A stretch of DNA of 60,375 nucleotides. It comes from a virus. Of this stretch, positions 17,469 through 26,799 are shown one piece after another. Location: positions 1 through 60,375 of the IMG/VR virus record IMGVR_UViG_3300046459_000309; one strand, written 5' to 3'. Every line of letters starts with the position of its first letter. Within the stretch, counting starts at the first letter, position 1. The notes beneath the pieces were generated by a model. That model saw only the letters and a program-made list of their open reading frames with translations. It was not told where the DNA came from and did no database searches. A program made the position numbers and the translations under genes.

Positions 17469-19705
17469 GCGTCGCAGTCAACCTGCTGCCTCCGAACACG
17501 TCGGGCATCGAAACCGACACGAGCGGCTGGACGGCGGGAGCGAACACCACGCTGTCGAAGTCCAGCCGCTTCTACGTGGGCGCCGCATCTCTCGGGATGA
17601 CGGCGTCCGCGGCCGGCTCGGTGACCGCCACCACGTCCGCCCGCGTGGCTGTGACGACTGGTCGCGAGTACATGGCCTACGCGTATTTCGCGAACGTCGC
17701 TTCTGCCGCTGGACGGACGGCGACTGTGCGCGTCGACTGGTACGCGGCTGTGTCCGGTGGGACGGCAGTCAGCTCCACTACGGCACCGGCCGTGACGCTG
17801 CCGTCAGCCACTACATGGATGACTCCACCTCCGATGCTGCTGTCTACGGCGCCAGCGGGGGCACCGTTCGTGTCCGTCACAATCACAGTCACCGGACTGG
17901 CGTTGGGCGCTACGGTGGTGGCGGATCTGGTCAGTTTCGGAGTGCCCGCTATCATCACGGGCAATCTGCTCCCGTACGCGGTGCAGGGCTGTGAGCTGGA
18001 CGTCAGTGGATGGCGGACATACGGCACGGCGCTGGCGTCCTCGGAGTCCACCCTCGCATACGAGGGGTGGCGCTCACTGAAGGTCGGCAGCTCCGCGGTT
18101 GGGTCAGCCCGTGTGGGGACTGACGTAGTGCAGCCAGTGACTTCCGGAGTGGAGTACCACGCCTATGCGTGGGCCTACGCGCCAGAGGCCAACGCGGCAC
18201 AGGTCACGGCGATTCGCTGGTATACCGCTGACGGTACGTACACCGAGACAGTTGCATCGTGGGTTCTGCCTGCAGCTCAGTGGACACGGTGCGCCGTCAT
18301 CGGCACCGCACCGCCCGGAGCCGTTAACTGCCGCATCATGCTGGATAGTGCGTTCACCTCAACGTCACAGGTATGGCGCTACGACCAAGCAGCTCTCCGA
18401 GTAGCGCCGAAGGCCGCCGGGGAACTGCTCTCGTACAACGTGGCGGGCATGGAGGTGGACGCCAGTGGTTGGACGGCCGTCAGTGGCTGCACGATCAGCC
18501 GATCCACGGACTACGCCTATGAGAGCATCGCGTCTCTGAAGGTCACCCCGACGACGGGCATCGCGGCTGATGCCACGGTGGAGCTGGCCACCAAAGTTCC
18601 AGTCACCGCACGTCAGGGGTATCAGGCGACTCCGCGAGTGCGACTGGGGCCCACGACCGAACAGCGCTACGTCACCACCCGGTACACATGGTGCGATGCC
18701 GCGGACACGATCCTCCAGTGGACCGACCTGCAGTGGTCGCTGAATCCGACGTTGACCGGGGGGTGGTACACCCTTCAGACGAGCACCGTAGCCCCCACCG
18801 GGGCCGCATCGCTCTCTGTGAGTTTCCGAGTTCAGTCCCCTGAGACCGCCGAATCGATCTACATCGACGATGTGTCGATCGTGCCTGGCGGCCTGGCGGT
18901 CATTGCTGACGTCGTACCAGAACGGTTCGGCGCCTCCATCTTCGTGCAGGGCCTCACCACAGGCGGCTACACCTACTGGGGTCTGTGGCGGATGGGGGAG
19001 GACGGCTCGATGACTGCCGTCCGCGGTCCGGTTGGTGATCTGTCGAAGGTCTCGATCACCGGGGACACGGCCGTTGCTGAGGACTACGAGGCACCGCTAG
19101 GAACCACGGTCACCTACTACCTGAAGGTGTGGACGGTCACGACGTCCTATCGGGCGACTGGATCCCCGCCCATCGTCATTCCCGAGCCACCTCCCACAGA
19201 GATTGTCCTGAAGGATCCGGGGCTCCCCGCTCGCCAGACGACAGCGGTAGTAGCTGCTGGCGGACAGCCGCAGTGGACGCGGAGGGCAAGACAAGGCGTC
19301 AATGCGGTCCGCGGGCGCGCGAGGCCGATCATCATCTCCGACGTGCGTACCTCGCGCGAAGGGACGATGACTCTGGTCACAGAGACCGCTCAGGATCTGG
19401 CGGACATGTGGTGGCTGCTGGAGACCGGAAACACGCTACTCGTCCAGTGGCCACACCTCTGGGGCGAGGCTGACGCGTACGTCCAGATCGGCGACGTCAC
19501 CGAGGCGCCCATCGTGGACTACGCGGAGTACAGCGACCGCACGTGGACGATCCCGCTCGTCGAGGTGGACCGCCCCTTCGGCGGATCCGTCGGCAGCGCC
19601 GGCCGCACGTGGCAGACCGTGAACGACAACAGTCCCGACTGGATGGCAGTCATGTCCGCAGCCACGTCGTGGCTGGACGTCTACACCGGAGTGAATGGGG
19701 GCTAG
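17465..19705 (+). CDS. minor tail protein (distal-tail position) with three carbohydrate-binding-module-like repeats
   Basis: Three modules open with NLLPPNTSGIETDTSGW / NLLPYAVQGCELDVSGW / ELLSYNVAGMEVDASGW; first gene after tape measure. Confidence 0.8.
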   Translation: MSVAVNLLPPNTSGIETDTSGWTAGANTTLSKSSRFYVGAASLGMTASAAGSVTATTSARVAVTTGREYMAYAYFANVASAAGRTATVRVDWYAAVSGGTAVSSTTAPAVTLPSATTWMTPPPMLLSTAPAGAPFVSVTITVTGLALGATVVADLVSFGVPAIITGNLLPYAVQGCELDVSGWRTYGTALASSESTLAYEGWRSLKVGSSAVGSARVGTDVVQPVTSGVEYHAYAWAYAPEANAAQVTAIRWYTADGTYTETVASWVLPAAQWTRCAVIGTAPPGAVNCRIMLDSAFTSTSQVWRYDQAALRVAPKAAGELLSYNVAGMEVDASGWTAVSGCTISRSTDYAYESIASLKVTPTTGIAADATVELATKVPVTARQGYQATPRVRLGPTTEQRYVTTRYTWCDAADTILQWTDLQWSLNPTLTGGWYTLQTSTVAPTGAASLSVSFRVQSPETAESIYIDDVSIVPGGLAVIADVVPERFGASIFVQGLTTGGYTYWGLWRMGEDGSMTAVRGPVGDLSKVSITGDTAVAEDYEAPLGTTVTYYLKVWTVTTSYRATGSPPIVIPEPPPTEIVLKDPGLPARQTTAVVAAGGQPQWTRRARQGVNAVRGRARPIIISDVRTSREGTMTLVTETAQDLADMWWLLETGNTLLVQWPHLWGEADAYVQIGDVTEAPIVDYAEYSDRTWTIPLVEVDRPFGGSVGSAGRTWQTVNDNSPDWMAVMSAATSWLDVYTGVNGG

Positions 19706-19707
19706 GG

Positions 19708-20811
19708 ATGCAGACCGTCACATCGCAATTCCTGGAGACCCTGACAGCGTCCCACTCCATGGCGGCGTCGGTAACCGCCATGTACGCCGGATCCGTAACC
19801 GTGGCCGACCTCCCCATTGCGGACGGGTCGGTCACGGTGGATCGCGGGAGCAAGGTGCGTCGCTCGCTCTCGCTGACGATCGCAGATCCGAAGCGCCTTC
19901 CATGGGGAGCGCTAGACCCTCTCGCAGTCTACGGACAGAAACTGATGGTCTCCCGCGGAATTCGATACGCCGGCAACGCCACAGAGATGGTTCCGCTGGG
20001 CACGTTTCGCATCAACGAGCCGCAGGGGGACACCCTCCTCGGACCGGTCACTCTCACCGGACAGTCGTCGGAGTGCTACATCATCGACGACAAATTCATG
20101 GTGCCGACGTCGACCCGCGGATACACAACGTGCGTTGACGCTATCGAGTATCTGATTCGCCAAACACTCCCGGACGCCGCGATCGTCAACGCAACGGCGG
20201 GTGCCCGGAATCCTTCTTGCGCGATCATCACCTGGAACGCGAATTCGGACCGTTGGGACGCCGTACAACAGGTGGCGCTGGCGATGCAGGCAGAAATATA
20301 CGTTGATGCCCTGGACCGTTTCGTCATCGCCGACGTTCCGCAGGTGTTGACGTCTCGTGTTGTGTGGGACATCGCAGAAGGCGAAGGCGGAACGCTGATG
20401 GAGGCGTCCCGGCAAATGTCACGCACGGCCGTTTACAACGCTGTTGTGGCGAGCGGAGAGAATACCTCCTCCAACGTGGCGCCCGTAAGTGCCGTTGCGT
20501 ACGACACGGGGCCGACGAGCCCCACGCGATGGAGCGGCCCCTTCGGGCACGTTCCGAAATTCATCTCCTCCGCTCTGTGGACGACCGTCGGAGCCTGCCA
20601 GGCAGCCGCGGACTATGCGCTATTCGACGCCATCGCTCCGAATGTATCGACGTCGATCGACGCGATTCCGAATGCCGCTCTGGAAGGCGGTGACTGCATT
20701 CGCGTGTCCTACGCCGGCCGCAAGGAGCTGTTCATCGTGCAGTCCGTGACGACACCCCTAACAGCACAGGGATCCGCGTCCCTCGTCCTGCGAGGCGGGA
20801 AGGAGGAGTAG
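19708..20811 (+). CDS. minor tail protein (tail-tip position)
   Basis: Frame of ORF 19543..20811; ATG 19708 3 nt after upstream stop; 367 aa. Confidence 0.75.
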   Translation: MQTVTSQFLETLTASHSMAASVTAMYAGSVTVADLPIADGSVTVDRGSKVRRSLSLTIADPKRLPWGALDPLAVYGQKLMVSRGIRYAGNATEMVPLGTFRINEPQGDTLLGPVTLTGQSSECYIIDDKFMVPTSTRGYTTCVDAIEYLIRQTLPDAAIVNATAGARNPSCAIITWNANSDRWDAVQQVALAMQAEIYVDALDRFVIADVPQVLTSRVVWDIAEGEGGTLMEASRQMSRTAVYNAVVASGENTSSNVAPVSAVAYDTGPTSPTRWSGPFGHVPKFISSALWTTVGACQAAADYALFDAIAPNVSTSIDAIPNAALEGGDCIRVSYAGRKELFIVQSVTTPLTAQGSASLVLRGGKEE

Positions 20812-20813
20812 TC

Positions 20814-21071
20814 ATGAGCCCTCGTCAAAGGCTCGCAGACGCCGTACAGCGGGCTGCCAGCCGCACCGTGGTCCAGGAGTCCTCCGGCTGGTGCCTGGCC
20901 TCTGTGACAGCCGTCTACGGCGACGGCACGATAGACATCACCACCGCCCGCGGGCCTATTGCGAAGGTACGCCGGCTGAAGGCGTACGCATCCCCGGTAG
21001 TTGGCGACACGGTGAAGGTAGATTTCAACCCGGACGGAAATTGGATTGTCGTCGGCGCCCTTGCGTCGTAA
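20814..21071 (+). CDS. hypothetical protein (tail module)
   Basis: ORF track; tightly packed after the tail-tip gene. Confidence 0.6.
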   Translation: MSPRQRLADAVQRAASRTVVQESSGWCLASVTAVYGDGTIDITTARGPIAKVRRLKAYASPVVGDTVKVDFNPDGNWIVVGALAS

Positions 21072-21092
21072 GGACTTTGAGGAGCACCGAGA

Positions 21093-21701
21093 ATGCCCAA
21101 GCCCGATAGCTACGGTCAGAACGTCCAGTACCCGGTTCTGTCTGACGCCCCCAACATCGAAACCGCGCTGCAGGCTCTGGTAAACGGAGTCGTTCCGTTG
21201 ACGGTCATGCGTTTTCCCAACGCCAACGCGCGCGCTGCGACGCTGACCGGAAGTTACAAACCCGTTCCGGGGATGATTACCTACCTCATCGCTGAAGACC
21301 GGTGGGAGCGACGAGACGGCGACAACGTTTGGCGCCCGTTCAGCCCCGGTGTGTGGAAGCCCATTACCTACACGACGGGATACACGTCGCAATCGGGGGC
21401 GCCGGGGTATCGAATCATCAACAACGAGGTACAGCTCCGCGGAACGATTCGGCGAACGGCAGCGAACACCGACCTGGTAACAAACACGGACGTGCATTTC
21501 GCGACGCTCCCATCGGAAGCGCGCCCAATCGGCGGGTACCGCTACTTCCTGGCAGCAGCAAACTTCGTCAATACGTCGGGGACGAGCTACTTCTCCGGAC
21601 GAATCGGGATCGCACCTGACGGCAGCATGATCTACGTCATGCCGCTGAACTCGAAGAGCGAATGGCTCTCCCTGGACGGCATCCGCTTCTCCATCGACTA
21701 A
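21093..21701 (+). CDS. minor tail protein / fibre-like
   Basis: 202 aa; SD GAGGAG; last ORF before a strong terminator. Confidence 0.65.
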   Translation: MPKPDSYGQNVQYPVLSDAPNIETALQALVNGVVPLTVMRFPNANARAATLTGSYKPVPGMITYLIAEDRWERRDGDNVWRPFSPGVWKPITYTTGYTSQSGAPGYRIINNEVQLRGTIRRTAANTDLVTNTDVHFATLPSEARPIGGYRYFLAAANFVNTSGTSYFSGRIGIAPDGSMIYVMPLNSKSEWLSLDGIRFSID

Positions 21702-21730
21702 GACCCGCGCAGCACTCACGCACAGACCAC

Positions 21731-21755
21731 GCCCCGCAGCGACGGGGCCTTTTTC
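21731..21755 (+). terminator. rho-independent terminator
   Basis: gccccg-cagcga-cggggc followed by cttttt. Confidence 0.8.
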
Positions 21756-21776
21756 ATGCCCTGGAGGGGATCACCA

Positions 21777-22682
21777 ATGGGTGAAATCTGGATCAAGGAA
21801 GCCGAACGGCTGGGGGACGGGAGCATCGGAGGCGCGATGGACTCGCCGACGGCGCCCGGTCGTGTCGTCTGGCACACCACGGAGAGCGGTCACGGTGACG
21901 CAAGCTTCGTCAACGTCGGCGCCTACCTGACCAACATTGGCGCGGAGCCGCACCTCCTGTATGACCCCACCACTGACCGGCTGGGGCAGTACGGACCGCT
22001 GAACCAGTCCGCCCGCGCTCTGAAGAACGACGGCGGGACGCGGACGAACCGCACCGGACGGGTCTGTATCCAGATCGAGGTACTTGCCCGCGCGAGCGTC
22101 CCTTTCACGGGCTACTGGAAGCCGGGCAAGAACTTCCAGGCCCTCATGCGCGCCGTGCGTTCGTGGGGTGTCCCGGACACTTGGCCAGGCGGATCCTGTG
22201 CCCCTGGTGCCTCCCGCAACCGCACCACGTGGGCGACGAAGGGCGGTCACTACGGACACTGCCATGTGCCCGGCAATGATCACTGGGACCCGGGCAACAT
22301 CGACCGTGTCGGCCTCCTGAAGGCGGCTCCGGTCAGCACCCCCACCCCGGCGCCGGCCAAGCCTGCGACGCCGGCCAAGCCTGCGGCGAAGCCAACGGTC
22401 GACCTCTCCAACCTGATTGCGGCCGCTCGTCGCGACCCGGGCCTGAAGCAGGGCGGCACGACCCACGCCGCGGACGTCCGCATCGTCGAAGCGGCGCTCA
22501 AGGCGGAGGGCCTGCTCGCTGCGGTCTACGCAGGGGACGGCTCCTTCGGTTCCTCCAGCATCGCCGCGTACCGCAAGTGGCAGCTGAAGTGCGGCTACAC
22601 CGGATCCGCGGCCGACGGCATACCGGGCAAGGCATCGCTGGAGAAGCTGGCGGCCAAGCGCGGTTTCAAGGTCAAGGCGTGA
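21777..22682 (+). CDS. endolysin: amidase-like N-terminal domain + peptidoglycan-binding C-terminal domain
   Basis: ATG 21777 after GGAGGGGA; WHTTES...IQIEV...HCHVPGNDHWDPG; PTPAPAKPATPAKPAAKP linker; PG_binding_1-like DGSFGSSSIAAYRKWQ...DGIPGKASLEKL. Confidence 0.85.
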   Translation: MGEIWIKEAERLGDGSIGGAMDSPTAPGRVVWHTTESGHGDASFVNVGAYLTNIGAEPHLLYDPTTDRLGQYGPLNQSARALKNDGGTRTNRTGRVCIQIEVLARASVPFTGYWKPGKNFQALMRAVRSWGVPDTWPGGSCAPGASRNRTTWATKGGHYGHCHVPGNDHWDPGNIDRVGLLKAAPVSTPTPAPAKPATPAKPAAKPTVDLSNLIAAARRDPGLKQGGTTHAADVRIVEAALKAEGLLAAVYAGDGSFGSSSIAAYRKWQLKCGYTGSAADGIPGKASLEKLAAKRGFKVKA

Positions 22683-22686
22683 CGAC

Positions 22687-23004
22687 GTGAGCCCTGAAAT
22701 CCTCACCGCCATCATCACCGCCGTCTCCGTGCTGGGGGCGGCGGTGGTGGCGGCCTTTCCTGCTCTCCGGCGTACCCACAACGCCGTAACGGCCCAGGGT
22801 GCGGAGACCCGCGCCGCCACCCTGGAGGCCCTTGACGTCATGGGGACGCGCTTGGAAGCACGGTTCAACGCCCGTATTGACGACGTGCGCGACGACATCG
22901 ACGGCGTTCGCGAAAGCGTCTCCCGCGTCCGCGAGTGGCAGGCCGGCCACGACGCAGAGCACCTCATCATCGTCCGGCCCCACCGTGGAGGTACCGACAC
23001 ATGA
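22687..23004 (+). CDS. holin-like membrane protein
   Basis: GTG 22687; one N-terminal TM helix (ILTAIITAVSVLGAAVVAAF) and a charged C-terminus; adjacent to endolysin. Confidence 0.55.
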   Translation: MSPEILTAIITAVSVLGAAVVAAFPALRRTHNAVTAQGAETRAATLEALDVMGTRLEARFNARIDDVRDDIDGVRESVSRVREWQAGHDAEHLIIVRPHRGGTDT

Positions 23005-24965
23005 GCATGCCCGCAGGAATCGCCACGGTCACTCTGACCGGACGGTATCTTCGACCTGACGGAACCCCGCTGAAGGGGACCGTCACCATCGCTGCTCCGA
23101 GCCTCGTGACGCTCCCTGGAGCGGACACCATCAGCGCCGGATCGGCATCCGTGACGCTGGACTCAACCGGAGCCTTCTCCGTCCTCCTGATCGCCACCGA
23201 CCAGATGGACATGCAGCCTACGGACTGGGCGTATCAGGTATCGGAGAAGTTCACCGACATCGCGGCTCGCACCTACGCCATCCGCCTCCCGTCGGCCGTC
23301 CCCATCGTCTCCATCGCGGACATCGCGCCATCGGATCCGTCCACAGGTCAGTACGTCCTTGTCCCTGGTCCCACGGGGCCGGCAGGAGCATCGATTCTGA
23401 CGGGCACCGGAGCGCCGTCCCCGCTTCTGGGCGCCAACGGGGACATGTACGTGGACAAGACCACCGGAGCCGTGAAGCTCTACGGTCCGAAGGCTGCGGG
23501 CTCGTGGCCCGGGACAGGCGTGGAACTGGGCGGCGGAGGACTGATCTCCACCGTCAACGGGCAGACTGGCGCTGTCTCTCTGACCGCTGCTGACGTCGGG
23601 GCCCTCCCGCGGGCCGTGGTTCCCGCAACCTCGCTGCTGTCGTCGTCCCTCTTCTACATCGCACACCGCGGATCGGGCGGGGAATTCCCGGAGCACACGC
23701 TCGAAGCCTACGAAGCGTCGGTAGCTGCCGGCGCGCGAGCGATCGAGGTGTCCGTCAGGCTCACTGCCGACGGCGTCCCGGTCTGCATTCACGACGAGGA
23801 TCTCTCGCGAACGACCTACGCGACGGGGAACGTCAGCGACTGGAACTACGCGGCCCTGAAGTACAAGGTTCTGACGAACGGCCGCCTGATGCTGGGACAG
23901 GGGCGAGTGGACGCTCCCATCCCTACGCTGCGCGAGGTTCTGGACAGGTTCCTTGGCCGTGTCGTCATCTTCCTGGAGGCCAAGAGCAACCCCAGCGTGC
24001 CAGTCGTCCAGCAGATCCTGACCGACTTCTATCCGCAGGCGAAGGACAGCGTCGTCTGGAAGAACTACTACCTGGCGACGAGCTGGCCGTGGGCGAAGGC
24101 GTCCGGCTTCACCACGTGGGCTTACGTCGACGCAGCCACCACGGACGCGCAGATGAACGCCCTGGACCAGTCGCTCATTGACGCGTGGGGCGTCCCCACG
24201 CTGACCGCTGACGCGCGCATCACGGCCATCGTCGCCCGCGGGAAGCCCGTCATCGCGTGGGAGGTACACCGTCGCAGCGAGCGTGACCGCCTCGTCGGGC
24301 TGGGCGTCAAGGGCATGATGTGCTCTGAGCTGATCTACGTCAGGCGCAGCGCACCGAGCCGCACGGCCGACGACTTCGCCACGCAGGTAAAGGCGCCGGG
24401 TGACCTCGGGACCGTCAATTACGACCAGACGATGGCCCTGAAGTTCGATGACACAGGCGGATCGGCCTACATCAACGCCCTGCCCAACCGCAGCGTCGTC
24501 ATGGGATCGCTGAGCAACCCCACTCCGCCAGCCGCGTACACGATCCACTTCGACATGATGTACGAGGGCGTCCCGGGGGCAACGGAGCACGCCGGCACGG
24601 CGTTCGGCAAGGCGAGCGACGACGTCTATCGGTTCTCGCAGGCCAACGCATCGGGCGGCTACCACATGGCAATTCGCGGCAACGGTGACATGCAGCTGTA
24701 CACCCACGCTCCAGGAGTCACCGCCGGGACGCAGATCGGCTCCACGGTCGCCACCACGGCGCCGACGGCGGGCGGATGGATGTCCTTCACAATCGCCGTC
24801 ACGGCAACGGACATCACCCTGACGAGGACTGACCTCGCGGTGCCGGTCTCGATCAACGTCGCCAACACGGCCTACCGAGGCGGCTACTTCCATCTGTCGA
24901 CGGGATCCGTCGCGTCGACCGCGAACAAGCCGCACTGGCGGAACGTGTCCATCTCAGTGCCGTAA
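23001..24965 (+). CDS. tail-fibre-like protein with glycerophosphodiester phosphodiesterase (GDPD) domain
   Basis: ATG 23001 (ATGA overlap, GGAGG upstream); short collagen-like GPTGPAGAS; FYIAHRGSGGEFPEHTLEAYEASVAAGARAIEVSVRLTADGVPVCIHDEDL = GDPD signature; beta-rich C-terminus. Confidence 0.8.
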   Translation: MSMPAGIATVTLTGRYLRPDGTPLKGTVTIAAPSLVTLPGADTISAGSASVTLDSTGAFSVLLIATDQMDMQPTDWAYQVSEKFTDIAARTYAIRLPSAVPIVSIADIAPSDPSTGQYVLVPGPTGPAGASILTGTGAPSPLLGANGDMYVDKTTGAVKLYGPKAAGSWPGTGVELGGGGLISTVNGQTGAVSLTAADVGALPRAVVPATSLLSSSLFYIAHRGSGGEFPEHTLEAYEASVAAGARAIEVSVRLTADGVPVCIHDEDLSRTTYATGNVSDWNYAALKYKVLTNGRLMLGQGRVDAPIPTLREVLDRFLGRVVIFLEAKSNPSVPVVQQILTDFYPQAKDSVVWKNYYLATSWPWAKASGFTTWAYVDAATTDAQMNALDQSLIDAWGVPTLTADARITAIVARGKPVIAWEVHRRSERDRLVGLGVKGMMCSELIYVRRSAPSRTADDFATQVKAPGDLGTVNYDQTMALKFDDTGGSAYINALPNRSVVMGSLSNPTPPAAYTIHFDMMYEGVPGATEHAGTAFGKASDDVYRFSQANASGGYHMAIRGNGDMQLYTHAPGVTAGTQIGSTVATTAPTAGGWMSFTIAVTATDITLTRTDLAVPVSINVANTAYRGGYFHLSTGSVASTANKPHWRNVSISVP

Positions 24966-24981
24966 AGAATCATGAGTGCCC

Positions 24982-25013
24982 CGTGCCACATCCTCTCTCC
25001 AGCACCCCATAAC
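24982..25013 (+). promoter_or_regulatory. bipartite promoter-like motif, copy A (cgtgccacat-N8-cagcaccccataac)
   Basis: Read directly; ends 37 nt before ATG 25051. Confidence 0.55.
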
Positions 25014-25050
25014 CCTGTCGTAGGCAGAGGCGAGAACGGGAGAGGACGCC

Positions 25051-25641
25051 ATGGGCAACGTGGGCATCATCGGAAGAGCACGCGTCGGCAAGGACACCGC
25101 CGGCGCGTGGCTCGTCGACAACCGCGGGTACCGGCGGATCGGGTTCGCGGACGCGCTGAAGGAAGCGGCGCTGAAGGTGGATCCGATCGTTGGCCGCATG
25201 TTCGGCGCCAACGAATGGCGATTGTCGGAAGCCGTCAGTGTGTACGGCTGGGAGGAGGCGAAGGAGATCGGCGACGTTCGCCGCATCCTCCAGGAGCTGG
25301 GCGCCTCCATCCGCGCCATCGATTCGGACTTCTGGCTTCGCACGGCGCTGGCGAAGGTCCGCGACGCCAACGAGGCCGGCGTACCGGTCGTCATCACGGA
25401 CGTGCGCTACCCCAACGAGGCGGCATCCCTGAAGGCCGCGGGCTTCCACCTCCTCTACATCGAGCGGCCCGACGCTCCCCAGCTCACCCATGAGTCCGAG
25501 GGCGCGCTCACGGCCGCGGACGCGGACTACGCGATCAACAACAGCGGGTCGCGGGAGCTGTTCCTCTCGAACATCGCGATCACGGCCGCCCACATCTACA
25601 CCGACGAGTCCCGTCGCCAGTACGCACGATCCCACTCCTGA
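25051..25641 (+). CDS. deoxynucleoside monophosphate kinase-like P-loop protein
   Basis: P-loop GRARVGKDT; ...VVITDVRYPNE...; resembles phage dNMP kinases as recalled. Confidence 0.75.
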   Translation: MGNVGIIGRARVGKDTAGAWLVDNRGYRRIGFADALKEAALKVDPIVGRMFGANEWRLSEAVSVYGWEEAKEIGDVRRILQELGASIRAIDSDFWLRTALAKVRDANEAGVPVVITDVRYPNEAASLKAAGFHLLYIERPDAPQLTHESEGALTAADADYAINNSGSRELFLSNIAITAAHIYTDESRRQYARSHS

Positions 25642-25652
25642 AAGGACGCTGC

Positions 25653-25922
25653 ATGAAGCCCTTGCTCAGCAAACTCGTAGAGGCCGTCAGAGACCTCCCG
25701 CTCCGCCTCTACGTCGCCGTACAGGTCTTCGCCAGCCAGGAACCCGTCCGCCTCAGAGCGGCTCTGACGTCGGCAGTCCTGGCGCTGGCGTTCCTCGTAC
25801 CGTCGATCACGGCGAGCGTCGCGGACCGTGTCGGCTTCGTCGGCGCCGTTGTGCTGCCGATCCTCGTGGCGGAGAGCGCGCGAAAGAAGGTCACTCCGGT
25901 CGACGAGGGCGACGAAGGTTAA
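25653..25922 (+). CDS. membrane protein
   Basis: 89 aa with hydrophobic segments ALTSAVLALAFLVPSI and VGFVGAVVLPILVA. Confidence 0.6.
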   Translation: MKPLLSKLVEAVRDLPLRLYVAVQVFASQEPVRLRAALTSAVLALAFLVPSITASVADRVGFVGAVVLPILVAESARKKVTPVDEGDEG

Positions 25923-25962
25923 GACAGCCTTAGCACTAAGCAAAGCTTTACCCGCATGACCT

Positions 25963-26005
25963 AGGCCCCGTACTCGCCGTAACCGGTGGGTGCGGGGCCT
26001 TTTTG
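25963..26005 (+). terminator. rho-independent terminator
   Basis: aggccccg ... cggggcct followed by tttt. Confidence 0.75.
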
Positions 26006-26015
26006 CGTTCTACTG

Positions 26016-26037
26016 GTCCGTGAGTCGACTTGCGGAC
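26016..26037. promoter_or_regulatory. GTCGAC palindrome, copy 3 (gtccgtgagtcgacttgcggac)
   Basis: Read directly; 14 nt upstream of the TTGTGT -35-like hexamer. Confidence 0.65.
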
Positions 26038-26051
26038 GCGTACACACAATG

Positions 26052-26080
26052 TTGTGTCGGCCGCCACACCCGCCTACGCT
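26052..26080 (+). promoter_or_regulatory. sigma70-like promoter (TTGTGT-17 nt-TACGCT), apparently leaderless
   Basis: The -10-like hexamer ends 6 nt before ATG 26087, which has no SD. Confidence 0.5.
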
Positions 26081-26086
26081 CGCCGT

Positions 26087-26713
26087 ATGTCGACCTCACC
26101 CGGGCCGCTCCTTCAGGCGCTGGACGCCGTATGGAAGCATGCCCAAACTCATACCCCGGAGCTGCCGCCTGTGCGCATGGCGCTGTCTCCAGCACCCCCT
26201 ACCGCACACCATGGCAGCGAGCGGTGGACGTGGGACGACGAGGCAGTGACGGGCCTTGTCGTCAGCGCGGACACCCTCTCTGCCGGCTCTGACGCCACAC
26301 TGGAGCTACTGCTCCACGAGGCCGCGCACCTCCTCTGTTTCGTTCGAGGCGTGCAGGACACTTCGTCCCGCGCCGGCGTCTACCACAACGCCGCATATCG
26401 GGACGCTGCTGCGGAGGTGGGGCTCTATTGGCCGCCGGACCAGGAACGTCATCCCCGGAAGGGATACGTTTCTCCTGAACTCACAGACGCCACGAGAGCG
26501 CAGTACGCCGACGTGGCAATGGAGCTGGAGCGAGCCATCCCGCTGGTACTGCCACACCTCGTCCTCCCCGAGACGCCCAGTACCCGCACGTCAGACCGAC
26601 GGACGCGGGCCTGCAAGTGCGCGCGGCCGCGGACCATCAGGGTGTCTCCCACGGTGGCGGAGAAGGGGCCAATCATCTGTGGCATCTGCGAGCAGCCGTT
26701 TACCGAGACGTGA
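26087..26713 (+). CDS. SprT-like HExxH zinc-metallopeptidase-domain protein with C-terminal zinc ribbon
   Basis: Frame of ORF 26030..26713; LLLHEAAHLL; ACKCARP...ICGICEQ. Confidence 0.7.
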   Translation: MSTSPGPLLQALDAVWKHAQTHTPELPPVRMALSPAPPTAHHGSERWTWDDEAVTGLVVSADTLSAGSDATLELLLHEAAHLLCFVRGVQDTSSRAGVYHNAAYRDAAAEVGLYWPPDQERHPRKGYVSPELTDATRAQYADVAMELERAIPLVLPHLVLPETPSTRTSDRRTRACKCARPRTIRVSPTVAEKGPIICGICEQPFTET

Positions 26714-26799
26714 CAACGGACAGGTAAGGTCTGGCTCATGTCAGTGCCTTGCGGTACTGTGACCGCGCCTGCCCCCCATGGTTGATTCGAGAGGTTCCA

